The notes: generated by a model from the letters alone, not told the origin. Counted from the whole stretch's first letter, positions 26,498 to 37,852 are shown. The stretch is DNA of 63,970 bases, filler included, from Octopus bimaculoides (GCF_001194135.2; 4 parts of 4 records of this genome joined end to end with filler, not necessarily neighbours in it), one strand, 5' to 3'. Numbers and translations: made by a program.

Positions 26498-27455
26498 ATG
26501 GGTCAGAAACATGATCTTACCTTGAATGAAAAGTCTACCATCGTACCAGAGCTTGAAAAAGGAAAAACAACCATAGAAATATCAAAAATACTGGGAAGAG
26601 ATCACCAAACAGTGAAGAAATTTGTGCAGTCTCTTATTTCTGTCCAGTTGAAGGCAAATAAGGGTAAGTTGAGGGTTGCTTCGAATCATACTTTGTCACA
26701 TGTGGAAAGGAAAGTTGTGCAGAACCTATGTCTGGCAAGAAGGGAAGTCTTCAAACGTTGTGGCAGGGAAGACGTATCGAAAGCTACCAAGTGTTGCCTC
26801 TTGAAGCAGGTAGCCAGGAATGTTAAACTTATTACAAGGCCCCCTCTGAAGGCTGTTGCTAAGCAGAAGAATACATGAAGATAGATTTATCAACAGTTCT
26901 ATTCACTGACGAATGCCCTGGAGTAAAGGTTGGATATCAATCAGAGGGAACAGTCATCATAGTTTGAGATGCCAACAGGGAAGAGGTGGGGTCCTGTTTT
27001 GGACTGGCATCATTGGTGGTATGATGGTTAGGCCATGGAAAGTGCCAGATGGCACTAAGAGCACTTTGAAAACATATGTTACCTTGTTAAAGGGCAATTT
27101 CCAGCCATGGTTCAAAAAGCAAAAACTTTCATTCAAGAGAAAGCTGGTCTTCATGCAAGATAATGCCCCGTCTCATGCAGCGAAAGGTTCTAAGGAATAC
27201 TTGCAGCAAACAGGCTTTTCTGGAGGTCATTTGATGAAGTGGCTACCTTGTTTCCCTGTCTTAAATCTGATTCAGAACCGGTGGAGTGTCCTGAAGAGGC
27301 ACATTTACCAAGATGGACTGCAGTTTTCAAGTAAAGTTTCCCTCTGGGATGCTGCTCAAAGCATGGCACAAGAGGATATAATCACCTTGACAAATTCAGT
27401 GGATCAATGCGTAAGGAAGGTTATTGCATGTGGAGGATCATGCGTCAAACATTAA
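26498..27455 (+). mobile_element. Tc1-family transposase pseudogene
   Basis: N-terminal HTH (MGQKHDLTLNEKSTIV...EISKILGRDHQTVKKF), LFTDE, GGVLFWTGI, FMQDNAPSHAA and a degenerate WPxxSPDLNPIEN. Frameshifted, no TIR found. Confidence 0.88.
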
Positions 27456-27484
27456 GAGCTGTATGACATCTTTGCGCTCCATAG

Positions 27485-27968
27485 ATCTGGTCACTTTCAC
27501 CAAATGTCCTCCCTCAAACATTTTAAAATATCACTGTAAAACTCTTGATTGACAGTCTGGCCCTCAGGGACAAATTCTTGATGCTCAATACCACAGATAT
27601 CATGCTCTTGGTTGAACTGCAGCTCTGTTGTGGACCTGTGCCACTCGAAACATTGTGTACAACCCATTGCCTTATCACCATAATCTTGCCAAAGTATGCT
27701 CATTGTCTCTATAGTAGACTTCCCAAGTTTAATGCAAAATTTCCTGTTGGCTCTTTGTTCCAAATTTCTGTCCATGACAAAAATCAGACTACAGCATACT
27801 CATGATCACAAAAACACAGATTTCACAACTTGTGGAGTAAACAGAGTGATGTCATTCAGCACACTGCCCCATGAAGGTTACTGCTAGCTCTCACTGTGCA
27901 TGCAACCACATGCTGGCATCTGTTGGCATGCTGCAGAAATAATCCAGGAATTTTTTGATACCACCTTG
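27485..27968 (-). mobile_element. Internally deleted mariner fragment with 5' TIR
   Basis: MDRNLEQRANRKFCIKLGKS...QCFEWH joined directly to GIEHQEFVPEGQTVNQEFY. TIR-like caaggtggtatcaaaaaattcctgga at about 27942-27968. Confidence 0.8.
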
Positions 27969-28068
27969 TGTGTGTATATGTATATATATATGTTTACTTC
28001 ACAAGTTGTGAAATCTGTGTTTTTGTGATCATGTGTATGCTGTAATTTGTGATTTTAGTCATGGACAG
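27768..28068. repeat. Inverted duplication, ~77-bp arms (27768-27843 and 27991-28068)
   Basis: The mariner 5' UTR block catgatcacaaaaacacagatttcacaacttgtg is present in both orientations, with a ~147-nt spacer. Confidence 0.9.
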
Positions 28069-28070
28069 CA

Positions 28071-28242
28071 GGAGTGACCTTAACACTTCTGCTGTGGAGG
28101 GTGTGCCTTCTTAAGTACAGCAAGTTGGTAGATATCTTGGTCCTTTGTCATCTCCAAAGAAAAATGATATACCAGCTTTACAGTGTGTGCTGGGTACTTT
28201 AAGAAGGCACACCCTCCACAGCAGAAGTGTTAAGGTCACTCC
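28071..28242. repeat. Fold-back with perfect 44-bp arms
   Basis: ggagtgaccttaacacttctgctgtggagggtgtgccttcttaa (28071-28114) has an exact reverse complement at 28199-28242. Imperfect pairing continues inside. Confidence 0.95.
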
Positions 28243-28269
28243 CCCTGATGAAGAAGATTGGCCTGTAAG

Positions 28270-28520
28270 AGCCCTGTGCTAGTGCAACGTAAATACCACT
28301 CATGCTAGTGTCACATAAAAGCACTCATGCTGGTGCCATGTTAAAAGCACTCAGCACACACTGTAAAATGCTTGGCATTAGGAAAGGCAACCAGCCATAG
28401 AAACCAAGCCAAATCAGACTGGAACCTGGTGCAGCTCTCTAGATTTCCAGCTCTGGTCAAACCATACAACCCATACAACCCATGCCAACATGGAAAACGG
28501 ACGTTAAAGGATGATGATTA
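28270..28520 (+). mobile_element. RTE LINE 3' end
   Basis: ...aaaagcactcagcacacactg...ggcattaggaaaggcaaccagc...catggaaaacggacgttaaaggatgatgat. Confidence 0.75.
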
Positions 28521-29192
28521 TCTATCTATAATACATTAAAAGTCAGTTTCAATTTTGCTTGCCTGCGATGTTGCTCAGCGAAACTGGTGCATAATGGGAA
28601 AAAAATGTTCCACAAATAATCATGCTGGAAGGGAAGAAACTCTTATCTTTCTATTAGACTGAGTTGACAATGAAACAATACGATTTTTTTTTTTTACAAT
28701 TTCTATTTTTGCTTTTGTTAAACACAATATTTTAATAACTTAGAAAATTTTTTAAGTGAATGTGATTTCAAAAATGTAAGTTGTTTGTACTGTAAGTATG
28801 TATATTTTAGCTTTCTTTAAACAGGCAATATCTTAATGTTTTTTAAAAATATTTTCACGTGAATACCATTACAAAATTTTTTTGGCATATTTAAAAAAAT
28901 ATACAGCGAAAATGACTTTAAAAATACAGTAGGTATTTCATGAAAGACCCATTCGTAACCTCAGTATGAAATATTTTTCAAGTGCATTCAATGTATCTCA
29001 CCTCCAAAGACTTGGCTGCTATTTCTAGCATGCCCTACTACCACGTAACAGCTATTTGTGATAAAGGACCTGAAATAGGTTACGTGGTAGAAGGGCATGC
29101 AAGAAATAGCAGCCAAATCTTTCCAACCCACACAAAACTCTGTAGCTGGGAAACTTAGTTTCCCAGTAACCCAACATGTCATGGGTAGTGTA

Positions 29193-29245
<53 letters not shown>

Positions 29246-29248
<3 letters not shown>

Positions 29249-30079
29249 GGTCTGATCAATAAGTAATGAAGCTAAAGTATGCAGAGTGAAGCTACTTGGC
29301 ACAGATTAACCTTGAACTCTGCTGTGCATGCGCTCTAAGTTTTAATATTCTAGCTCACTTCCGGTGTTTACGGCAGTGCTTGGAAGGAAGGTGTGTAGCG
29401 TGTGATCATCGCAAATATCATGACAGAGAAAGTTGAGCAGAGAATCTGCTCAAATTTTGCCAAACGCTTGACAATACCTGCTCAGAGGCCAATGCAAAGT
29501 TTTCAAAATTCTCGACACAACCAAAGAGATCTTGTGCAACTGAAACTTGAGTGTCTTTTTGGTCAGCTGAAAGCAGTTTTGACAGACACGCATCTCATAC
29601 CCAAATCTCCAGTGATAATGGACTGAACTGAACTATAACTAATCTGCACATCCCCTGATAAGTCACAGATGGTGATTCAGTGGTTTCCTCTCACAGCTGC
29701 ATGCACATGTGATGTTTTTCTCAGTTCTACCGGTTGCGGGTCTCCCAGAACGTTCGTCAATATCGATATTTTTCAGCCATCTTGGAAACGTCTGAAACAC
29801 TCATACACTTGTGTGTGGCTCATACACTCCTCTCCATACACTTTCTGCAACTTCACATAAGCCTCTGAGCAAGTTTCGCCATGATAACTCTTTCATGGTC
29901 AATGCAACAATCACACATTACTTTGAAGCACTGCTGCAAACAACAGAAGTGAGGTAGAACGTTAAAACTTAGTGCACATGCATAGCAAAGTTCAAGGTCA
30001 ATCTTTGCCTAGTGGCATCACTGTGTGTTTTAGATTTGTTACTATGACAACAGTCTGGATACTTACTGATCAGAACTCG
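29246..30079. mobile_element. Mariner derivative made of two 5' ends in opposite orientation
   Basis: TIR ggtctgatcaataagta at left and its reverse complement at right. Left arm (+) encodes MTEKVEQRIC. Right arm (-) encodes LQKVYGEECMSHTQVYECFRRFQDG...SYSSVQSIITGDLGMRCVS. The arms are homologous to each other. Confidence 0.8.
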
Positions 30080-30589
30080 TATATACACACATACAAGAGG
30101 TGGTGTTGTACACACTTGTCTTCACATCATACAAGCCAGGCTTGTTGGTTTCTATTCTACTGTAAACAAATACATTTGATATGGGGGCATATTACCATGC
30201 TTGGAAACAAATGAGGGTTAGTGACAGGAAAGGCATTCAGCCATAGTAAATCGCTCTCAACAAAGCTGTTGGATCCATGCAAGCACAGAAAAGAAATTAA
30301 ACAATGATAAATTGGTCCCACAACCTAGAGTTAGTTCACCTTCTAGAAGATAATTTCTGTCATTTTGCTCAGACCTGCACAAGTTCCTCTATTGCTCCTA
30401 GACATCCCTCGAGTTCTAAATTTCTTTAGAAATCTGGTATAATTAGTTGTGATAGACTGAAGCTCCATCATCATCATCGCTTTAATGTCCACTTTGCCAC
30501 GCTTGCTTAAGTCAAAAAGAGTTTGCCAAGGTAGATTTTTCTTTGGCCAGATACCCTTGTCTGGCCATGGGGAAATATAACAGGACTTG

Positions 30590-30775
30590 AAAAGCACTCA
30601 TGTGGTGCCACATTAAAAGCACCCAGCACAAACTGTAAAGTGGTTAGTATTAGGAAGGGCATCCAGTCATAGAAATCATGCCAAATCAGAATGGAACCTG
30701 GTGAAACTTCTCAGCTTCAGTCAAACCCACACCAGCATGGAAAATGGACGTTAAAGGATGATGATAATGATGATT
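30590..30775 (+). mobile_element. RTE LINE 3' end
   Basis: aaaagcacccagcac...ggaagggcatccagt...catggaaaatggacgttaaaggatgatgat. Confidence 0.75.
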
Positions 30776-31536
30776 GAAAAGTAATATTTTGCCATGGCCA
30801 GACATGTTTTCACAGAAGATTGGAAATGAATACTACTATATGATAGTGACACACGTATAGTTTTTTTCAGTTCCCATCTTCCAAATCTATGTACAACACA
30901 TTGATTGGCTCAGGGCTATTGTAGAAAACACTTATCCAAGGTGCAATGCAGTGGGACTGAACCTGAAACCATGTAGTTGGGAAGCAAACTTATCACATAG
31001 TCACACCTGTATCTACAAGGGTAATTTTCATTTCATGTAGCGTTTCTTCAATTCAGGAAGTTAAACAATTTGGCTTTTTTGAGATTTAGGAAACATTTTC
31101 ACTTTCAAATCTAAATATAACCCTTCCATATATATTGGTTGATGTGATTCAGACTCAAGATGTCCAATGAACAAACTTTGACCTTGAGTCCAAACATCAG
31201 TGGACATACCCTCCACATTCATCAATGAACAATAAATGTAGAGACATAGAAACATTAAAAAAAAAAAGACAACCCAAAACAATATGTTTACTCAACTTGT
31301 TAGACTACCTACTTTACCTGGATCAGCAGATAAAGTGGGAAGTTTGATAGGGAGATTGGCAGATAGATAAATATGGAGACTAGGAGGTATGTGGGTGATA
31401 GGTAGATAGTTTGGCAGATAAATTGATAGGTAGGTAATTATGGATGTAAGTAGGTAGACAGATAAATATAGATGCAGGCAGACGTGTAGGTTTGTTAAAA
31501 GATAAGTAGGTTAATAGGCTGGCAGGTAAGGACTTA

Positions 31537-33881
31537 CAGGGTGTTCAGGTTAAATTTGACAGTTTGCATAAAAGGAAAAGAAAACACAATAACCCATCCA
31601 AAAATTAAAATATTTAAAAAATTCAAAGAGAATATTAACTAGATTATGGCTGGGTGATAACAGTTTACTCAAAGAAGCTGCCTTCAGGTTCCACTCTACC
31701 CTCAAGAAGGCTCCAGATTCTGGCACATGCATTTCTCATTGTGTCTCTGGGAAGATCTTCAAACATTTCCTTGATCTTTGTCACCAGTAGACCTTGGTGT
31801 TGCAGGCAGAATATTTTTCAACTGTGTTCCATACATAGTAATCGGGGCAATTAGGAGGCTAGAAATTGGGGCTGGTGAAGTTGTAGAAATTTTCTGACAA
31901 CAGCTTCTAACTCTTTTCAGAGGTATGGTAAAGAACTGAATCCCATTGCTACATTCACCCAGAACCATGCTAATAGCTTAGGAGTGAGATTTAGGATTTC
32001 TTGGCTTTTTGTGAATTGATTTTGATAAAACTTTTCCCAACTGGTTTGCACACTATGGCAACACCATTGTTATGTTTTCATTATTCTGTATAATTTCCTT
32101 TCTTTTTTATTTCAGATTCTTTAGATTTTGGGTGAACCATGGTAATAGCTTTTGAATGAAAATATCCCATCTAGACATTGTTTTTCAGAAAATGAAGAGT
32201 AATGATAAATATATACTTAATGTATGCTTAATATGTAACAAAACCATAATAATATTATAACCATTATTGACACAATGAAGTATTTAGCCACATGAGCACT
32301 AAGGAAGAAATGATCTGATTGTGGGACCTCCAAGACTGTGACAGCTAGGGATTTAAGGAATATTGGCCACAAATTATGTGGGAAACCTGGACAAACAAAC
32401 AAAGCCATTTTCACCTTCAGGTTTCCTTATGTACCAATAACCACCAAAAATTGCATCCTCGGGACCATGGCTTCTGTACGAGAACCCCTGAAACTGCTTT
32501 CCTCACAGGAGTTTGACGTTAGACAGGAGTTGTGTTCTGTTCACTGACGAAACCAGGGTGACCCTCGACGAACCTGATAGTTGGGCAAATGATTGGGTCT
32601 ATTTTGGAAATGAGCATCAACAACAGTGTGGAGGAGTCATATTGTGGGCTGGTATCATTGGGGACAGACTTGTTGGTCCAGCCAGTGTACCTGAAGAGGT
32701 TAAAGTGACCGCAGCCGCCAACTGCAATCTCCTGAAAGAAGTCTTGGATCCCTGGCTAGATGACACATCACTATCACTTCTAAGGAATCTCATTAATGCA
32801 TGACAATGCTCCCTCCCACTCTGCTAGGACCACCCAAGCATTCTTAGGGTCTTGTGGCATACAAAATGAAAGGTTGATGGTGTGGCCGCTAGCATTTCTG
32901 TATCTCAACCCTATCGAAAATCTTTGATCCATCATTAAACAAGATGTTTACGCCAATGGACGCCAATTTATGTCGAAAGATGTCTTATGGGCAACCATGA
33001 AAGCTGCAGCAGAGGCAGTCCAACCTGCTACTATTAAGAAATTGATAGATTCCATGACTAATAGGGATTTTGAAGTTATCTGTTGAGATGGTGCTCATAT
33101 GGCTAAATAATTCATTATGTCTATAAATGTTATTAAATTATTGTTTTCTGTTAAATATATATTCAATGTATGCTTAATATGTATCATTACCCTTCATTTT
33201 CTGAAAAAAAAAAAAGAAGTGTACATGGGCTATTTTCATTCAAAAGCTATTAGCATGGTTCACCCCAAAACGGAAGAATCTGAAATATAAAAGAAAGGAC
33301 ATTACACAGAATAATGAAAACAATGATGTTGCCATAGTGTGCAAACCAGGTGAGAAAAGTTTTATCAAAATCGATTCACAGAAAACTGAGACATCCTAAA
33401 TTTCACTCTTATGCTATTAGCGTGGTTTTGGGTGTACATGGCCTTCCAGCAGCAACCCTCTCCAGTCAGGGAGTGACTGCAGTTCCAACAACTTCACACA
33501 GCTATCCGAATTGAGCCTAAGATCCTGTTCAAAGATGTAGGGATGAATTCCAATGTGCAGACACAGAAAACCTGCTGTGTCCCTTCCTACTTTTTCATGA
33601 TTTCATAATCTTCCTTGTAGCTGTCCATGTCATGTCTTACAACTTTTACAGTGTCCACAGAGCATCGAGAAGCAGTCATGATGTTGGCACTTTAATCATC
33701 ATCATACAGGTAACTCTTTTCCAATATTCAGATGACTTGCGGCCCTTCACATCAATTAACTTTTTCTCAACTACAACTTTAATTTTTAAGTTCTTCAATG
33801 CCATTAACTATTCACCAATACATCAAGCTGTTCCTGAAAAAAGGAGACAAAAAAAAAAACAAATTTACCCCTAATACTTTG
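31537..33881 (-). mobile_element. Internally deleted DD37D (maT-like) transposon interrupted by a Tc1 element
   Basis: TA-flanked TIRs cagggtgttcaggttaaatttg and caaagtattaggggtaaatttg. Minus strand reads ...LERVAAGRP | QWDS..HTSEKS*KLLSENFY...PPNCPDYYVW...FEDLPRDTMRNAC on the two sides of the Tc1. DD37D assignment is by resemblance. Confidence 0.75.
31952..33434 (+). mobile_element. Tc1 element with ~250-bp TIRs and deleted transposase
   Basis: Long inverted repeats at 31952-32205 and 33168-33434, TA duplicated at 31950-31951 and 33435-33436. Reads VLFTDETRVTLDEPD...GGVILWAGII...MHDNAPSH...LNPIENL. Confidence 0.9.
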
Positions 33882-34279
33882 TATAATTAACTAAATACCA
33901 CAAATTTCTTAGCTAATTAAACAGCTTTCTTTGCTAACTAGATGCCACAATGCTCTTTGCTAATTAGACACCGCAGTTTTCTTAGTTAATTAGAAGCCAC
34001 AGTTTTCTTAGATACTGCCAGTTCAATAAAATCAGGTAATGAGGAAGTTGAGGTTAAGACAAAGATGTCAGACAAACAAAAGCCAAAAGAAAAGACAGAA
34101 AACAGGAAAAAGTAAAAAGGAACAAACATAGGATAATTTCTTGAAAAATCTTTCTAATCTCAAGAAACCACTACCACAACCCCTCACACCACCACCACCA
34201 CAACAACAAATAGATAAAAACACTGACAAGGAATTCTTAAAGAAATGAGAACGTTTTTTTTCCCCCTTAATTTTACAAA

Positions 34280-34285
34280 TTTATT
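34280..34285 (-). terminator. Putative polyadenylation signal AATAAA of GLTP
   Basis: tttatt on the + strand, about 115 nt past the GLTP stop codon. Confidence 0.5.
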
Positions 34286-34399
34286 CAGAATATGTAGTTC
34301 AATAATCAGTTATGTGCCACTGCTCTGTGCCATCACTGTCACTGCACCATGCTGAAAACAATGTACCATGATCCACCACTGTGCTCTGCTGTGATGATG

Positions 34400-34504
34400 T
34401 TACACTTTATCATTGTTATCCAGGTTATACTTGATCAAAATAGACTTAAATACTTCCAGGTTGCTTGATAATGAGTCCAGATAAACCTGAAGGTCATTTA
34501 TGAA
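34400..34504 (-). CDS. GLTP: GLTP terminal coding exon, 105 nt including TAA
   Basis: Acceptor ...tttttctatttcAG. Reads FINDLQVYLDSLSSNLEVFKSILIKYNLDNNDKV*, ending in the GLTP-type KV C-terminus. Confidence 0.93.
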   Translation of the reverse strand, partial: FINDLQVYLDSLSSNLEVFKSILIKYNLDNNDKV

Positions 34505-34627
34505 CTGAAATAGAAAAATATACATATATTACACATACAATTTAAAAGTGTGCTTGAAGGCATGACACATTACCAAAAATTTGGGCTCAAAAAAGATAGT
34601 CCTACACTCCACTCCTATACTCTATGC

Positions 34628-34800
34628 CAGCATTTCTCAACTGGGGTTCTCCAGAACCCTAGAGTTCTGTGAGAAAGAGTGAGATATGCTAATGCTAATT
34701 TCATGATTGTAATATTACTATACATGGACAACATATTATTGGTTATTGTAATATAGACATCATCCTATCTAACCTATTATGCTATCAAAAAATATAACCA

Positions 34801-34842
<42 letters not shown>

Positions 34843-35094
34843 CTGGAGCCTGGTGTTGCCATCCGGTTTCACCAGTCCTCAGTCAAATCGTCCAACCCAT
34901 GCTAGCATGGAAAGCGGACGTTAAACGATGATGATGATGATGATGATGATGATATATATATATATTTACCATGTGAGCTATGATGGAAAACATTTGAGAA
35001 AGACATGATATATAATTTTTTTTGTGCAGGGGTTCCTTCAGACATGTAATTTATTTTAAGGGTTACGCAAGGGTAAAAAGGTTGAGAAACACTG
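34628..35094. mobile_element. hAT-type MITE containing a nested RTE 3'-end fragment (about 34840-34955)
   Basis: TIRs cagcatttctcaac and gttgagaaacactg. Imperfect 8-bp TSD ctctatgc / ctctatat with central TA. Confidence 0.75.
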
Positions 35095-35774
35095 CTCTAT
35101 ATAATTTGAAAACAACCATGTCCGGATAGGCTAACATATAGAGTTTGAGTCACATTATATACTAATAAGAAATGCAGAAAATGTAATTGGTATTTTAAAG
35201 TTTTATATATTGTGTTGAGTTAAAAGTTTCACAATGTATTTATGTTATTCGTCAAGTTACAACAAAAGCTTATTTACTTTATTTGTCAAGTTACAACAAA
35301 AACAGCCTAACATTCAAAACAGAGGCCATCATGTTGCACTGTCTAAAGCTGCACTTTCTAACAGTTCTTTGATCCTATGCTGATACTAACAGTCAAGACG
35401 TTTTTTAATGTTTGTGAGGTGTTTGTCCTACAGGTGTTTAAAGTTTTAGTATAGTAGTTTGATTTCAATTTTTTACTTGCTTTGGGCATATTTAGGCTGT
35501 AGCTCAAAGTTAGTACTGGGGTTGAGGAGTGTGATTTGGTTAGTATTAAGTTTACAAAAATTTGACCAGTATATAAGAAACAATGCAGATGGCAAAACTA
35601 TTTCAATTCTTGAAAATGAGACTATGAAGTTCTGGAAAAATTGAATATAGAACTACATATTTAGGAACTTCATTATTTAAGGCTAAATACAAAAAAACTG
35701 ATACAAAAATACAGAAAATCTGTAATAAAAAAGATTAAACTGGAACAATCAAATCTTTAATAAAACACATAAAT

Positions 35775-36125
35775 ATCATCATCATCATCATTTAACATCC
35801 GTTGTCCATGCTGGCATGAGTTGGATGGTTTGACCAGGGTTGGTAAGCTGGAAGGCTGCACCAGACTTCAGTCTGATTTGGCATGGTTTTCTACAGCTGG
35901 ATGCCCTTCCTAATGCCAACCACTGAGAGTGTAATGGGTGCTTTTACTTGCCACAGGCATGGGTATCATTTGCATGATACCAGTACCTGCTACAACTGTG
36001 ATTTTGCTCAGCTTGATGGGTCTTCTTCTCAAGCACAACATAATGCCAACAGTCTCGGTCATTGCCTCTGTGAGGCTCACAGTTCAAAGATCATGCTTCA
36101 ACACTTCGTCCCATGCCTTGTGAGT
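35775..36125 (-). mobile_element. RTE LINE 3' end
   Basis: (cat)n tail followed by ttaacatccgttgtccatgctggcatg...ctacagctggatgcccttcctaatgccaac. Confidence 0.8.
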
Positions 36126-36199
36126 AGATTTGGCAGACAGAAGCTGAAAGGAGGTTCTCACATACATATATCATCATCATTATATATAAATAAAATGGC

Positions 36200-37165
36200 A
36201 GTGGCACATAAAAGCACTCGTCTGATGACATGTAAAAGCATCCATGCAGCAACACGTAAAAGCACCTGTGTGGTACCACATAAAAGTGCCTGTGTGGTAC
36301 CACGTAAAAGCACCTGTGTGGTACCACGTAAAAGTGCCTGTGCAGTACCACATAAAAGTGCCTGTGTGGTACCATGTAAAAGCATCTGTGTGGTACCACG
36401 TAAAAGTGCCTGTGCAGTACCACGTAAAAGCGCTTGTGCAGTACCACATAAAAGCACCTGTGTGGTACCACGTAAAAGCACCTGTATGGTACCACGTAAA
36501 AGCACCTGTGTGGTACCACGTAAAAGCACCTGTGTGGTACCACGTAAAAGCACCTGTGTGGTACCACGTAAAAGCACCTGTGTGGTATCACGTAAAAGCA
36601 CCTGTGCAGTACCACATTAAAGTGCCTGTGCGGTACCATGTAAAAGCACCTGTGCAGTACCACGTAAAAGTGCCTGTGTGGTACCACGTAAAAGCACCTG
36701 TGTGGTACCATGTAAAAGTGCCTGTGCGGTACCACGTAAAAGCACCTGTGCAGTACCACGTAAAAGCACCTATGCAGTACCACGTAAAAGCACCTGTGTG
36801 GTACCACGTAAAAGTGTCTGTGCAGTACCACGTAAAAGTATCTGTGCAGTACCACGTAAAAGTGCCAATGCAGTACCACGTAAAAGCATCTGTATGGTAC
36901 CATGTAAAAGTGCTTGTGTGCTACCATGTAAAAGTGCCTGTGCAGTACCACGTAAAAGCACCTGTGTGGTACCATGTAAAAGCACCCAGCACACTGTGTT
37001 AAGTTGTTAGCATTTGGAAGGGCATCCAGCTGTAGAAACCATGCTAAAACAGCCAGGAGTCTGGTGCAGCCACACTGGCTTGCCAGCTCTGGTCACACAT
37101 TTGTCAGCGCTGATCCAACCCATGCCAGCATGGACAACAGATGTTAAATGATGATGATGATGATA
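36200..37165 (+). mobile_element. RTE LINE 3' end carrying an expanded 24-bp array
   Basis: The array runs directly into aaaagcacccagcacactg...ggaagggcatccagctgtagaaac...gatgttaaatgatgatgat. Confidence 0.8.
36205..36985. repeat. 24-bp minisatellite, about 33 units, no indels
   Basis: Consensus cacgtaaaagcacctgtgtggtac, with unit starts at 36205+24n through 36973. Confidence 0.97.
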
Positions 37166-37343
37166 TATAAACACACACGTGTGTTGTAGTATATTGTCAA
37201 CTTAATGTGACAATCCCAATAAGGGAACACACTACTACCGTTTAGCCCTAGGAAGCTGGACCGCTTCCTGTTGGCCTTGACACAATTACTGTGTCCTTAA
37301 GTTTGCGAGGGGGAGACAAGCTCCTCCACCCAGCCTAGCCAGC

Positions 37344-37388
37344 CTTCAGGGACATGTTTCTGAGTCTTTCCTCGTCATCAGCCTGAAG
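37344..37388 (-). ncRNA. Minimal type I hammerhead ribozyme motif
   Basis: RNA CUUCAGG-CUGAUGA-CGAG-GAAAGA-CUCA-GAAA-CAUG-UC^CCUGAAG. Perfect 7-bp stem I, intact CUGAUGA and GAAA boxes, GUC cleavage triplet, very short helix III with palindromic CAUG, C-A mismatch at the base of stem II. Confidence 0.85.
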
Positions 37389-37852
37389 TAGCTTGCCAGC
37401 TGGATAAAGAAGCCCGTTTCGCCTTCGCAAACTTATATAAATCATAGTGAAGTTTATTCACTGATCAGCAAAATTAGAAATATAATATTTCTAAATCTCT
37501 CAGAGAGATTTAAGCAGTAGTGGAGCGATAAAGTTGTGTTGTTCATGTGTATCCTTACCTCAAAATCATGGTTGTTAAAGAACAACCAGCACAGTCATTC
37601 AACTGATGTTTGTTTCCAGCCTTCTGTGGAAAACGTTTGGCCATGGGGAAATACATGCTGTTGGGTATTGAACTCACGATCTTATGATCATGAGTTGAAT
37701 GCCCTAACCACTAAGCCATGCACCTTCACAAAAGCCAGAATGTTATGAGTGGTAACACAATATGGGCACACAGTTTGTTCAGTACTGTCCATGGGGAAAG
37801 ATCAATTTACTTGGAATATGCAATCATTAAGTAAATAATTTAGTTAACCGAC

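Noticed and set aside
28246-28270. CTGATGA followed by TGTAAG as another hammerhead
   Set aside because: No GAAA box, no stem II and no stem I pairing. Mentioned only as context for the adjacent fold-back.
36091-37010. Long ORFs on both strands with octapeptide repeats (WYHVKAPV, VPRKSTCV), suggesting a His/Tyr-rich structural protein or a CRISPR-like array
   Set aside because: They are by-products of a 24-bp minisatellite lacking stops in several frames, inside an RTE 3' UTR and a GLTP intron. Units are contiguous with no unique spacers and there are no cas genes.
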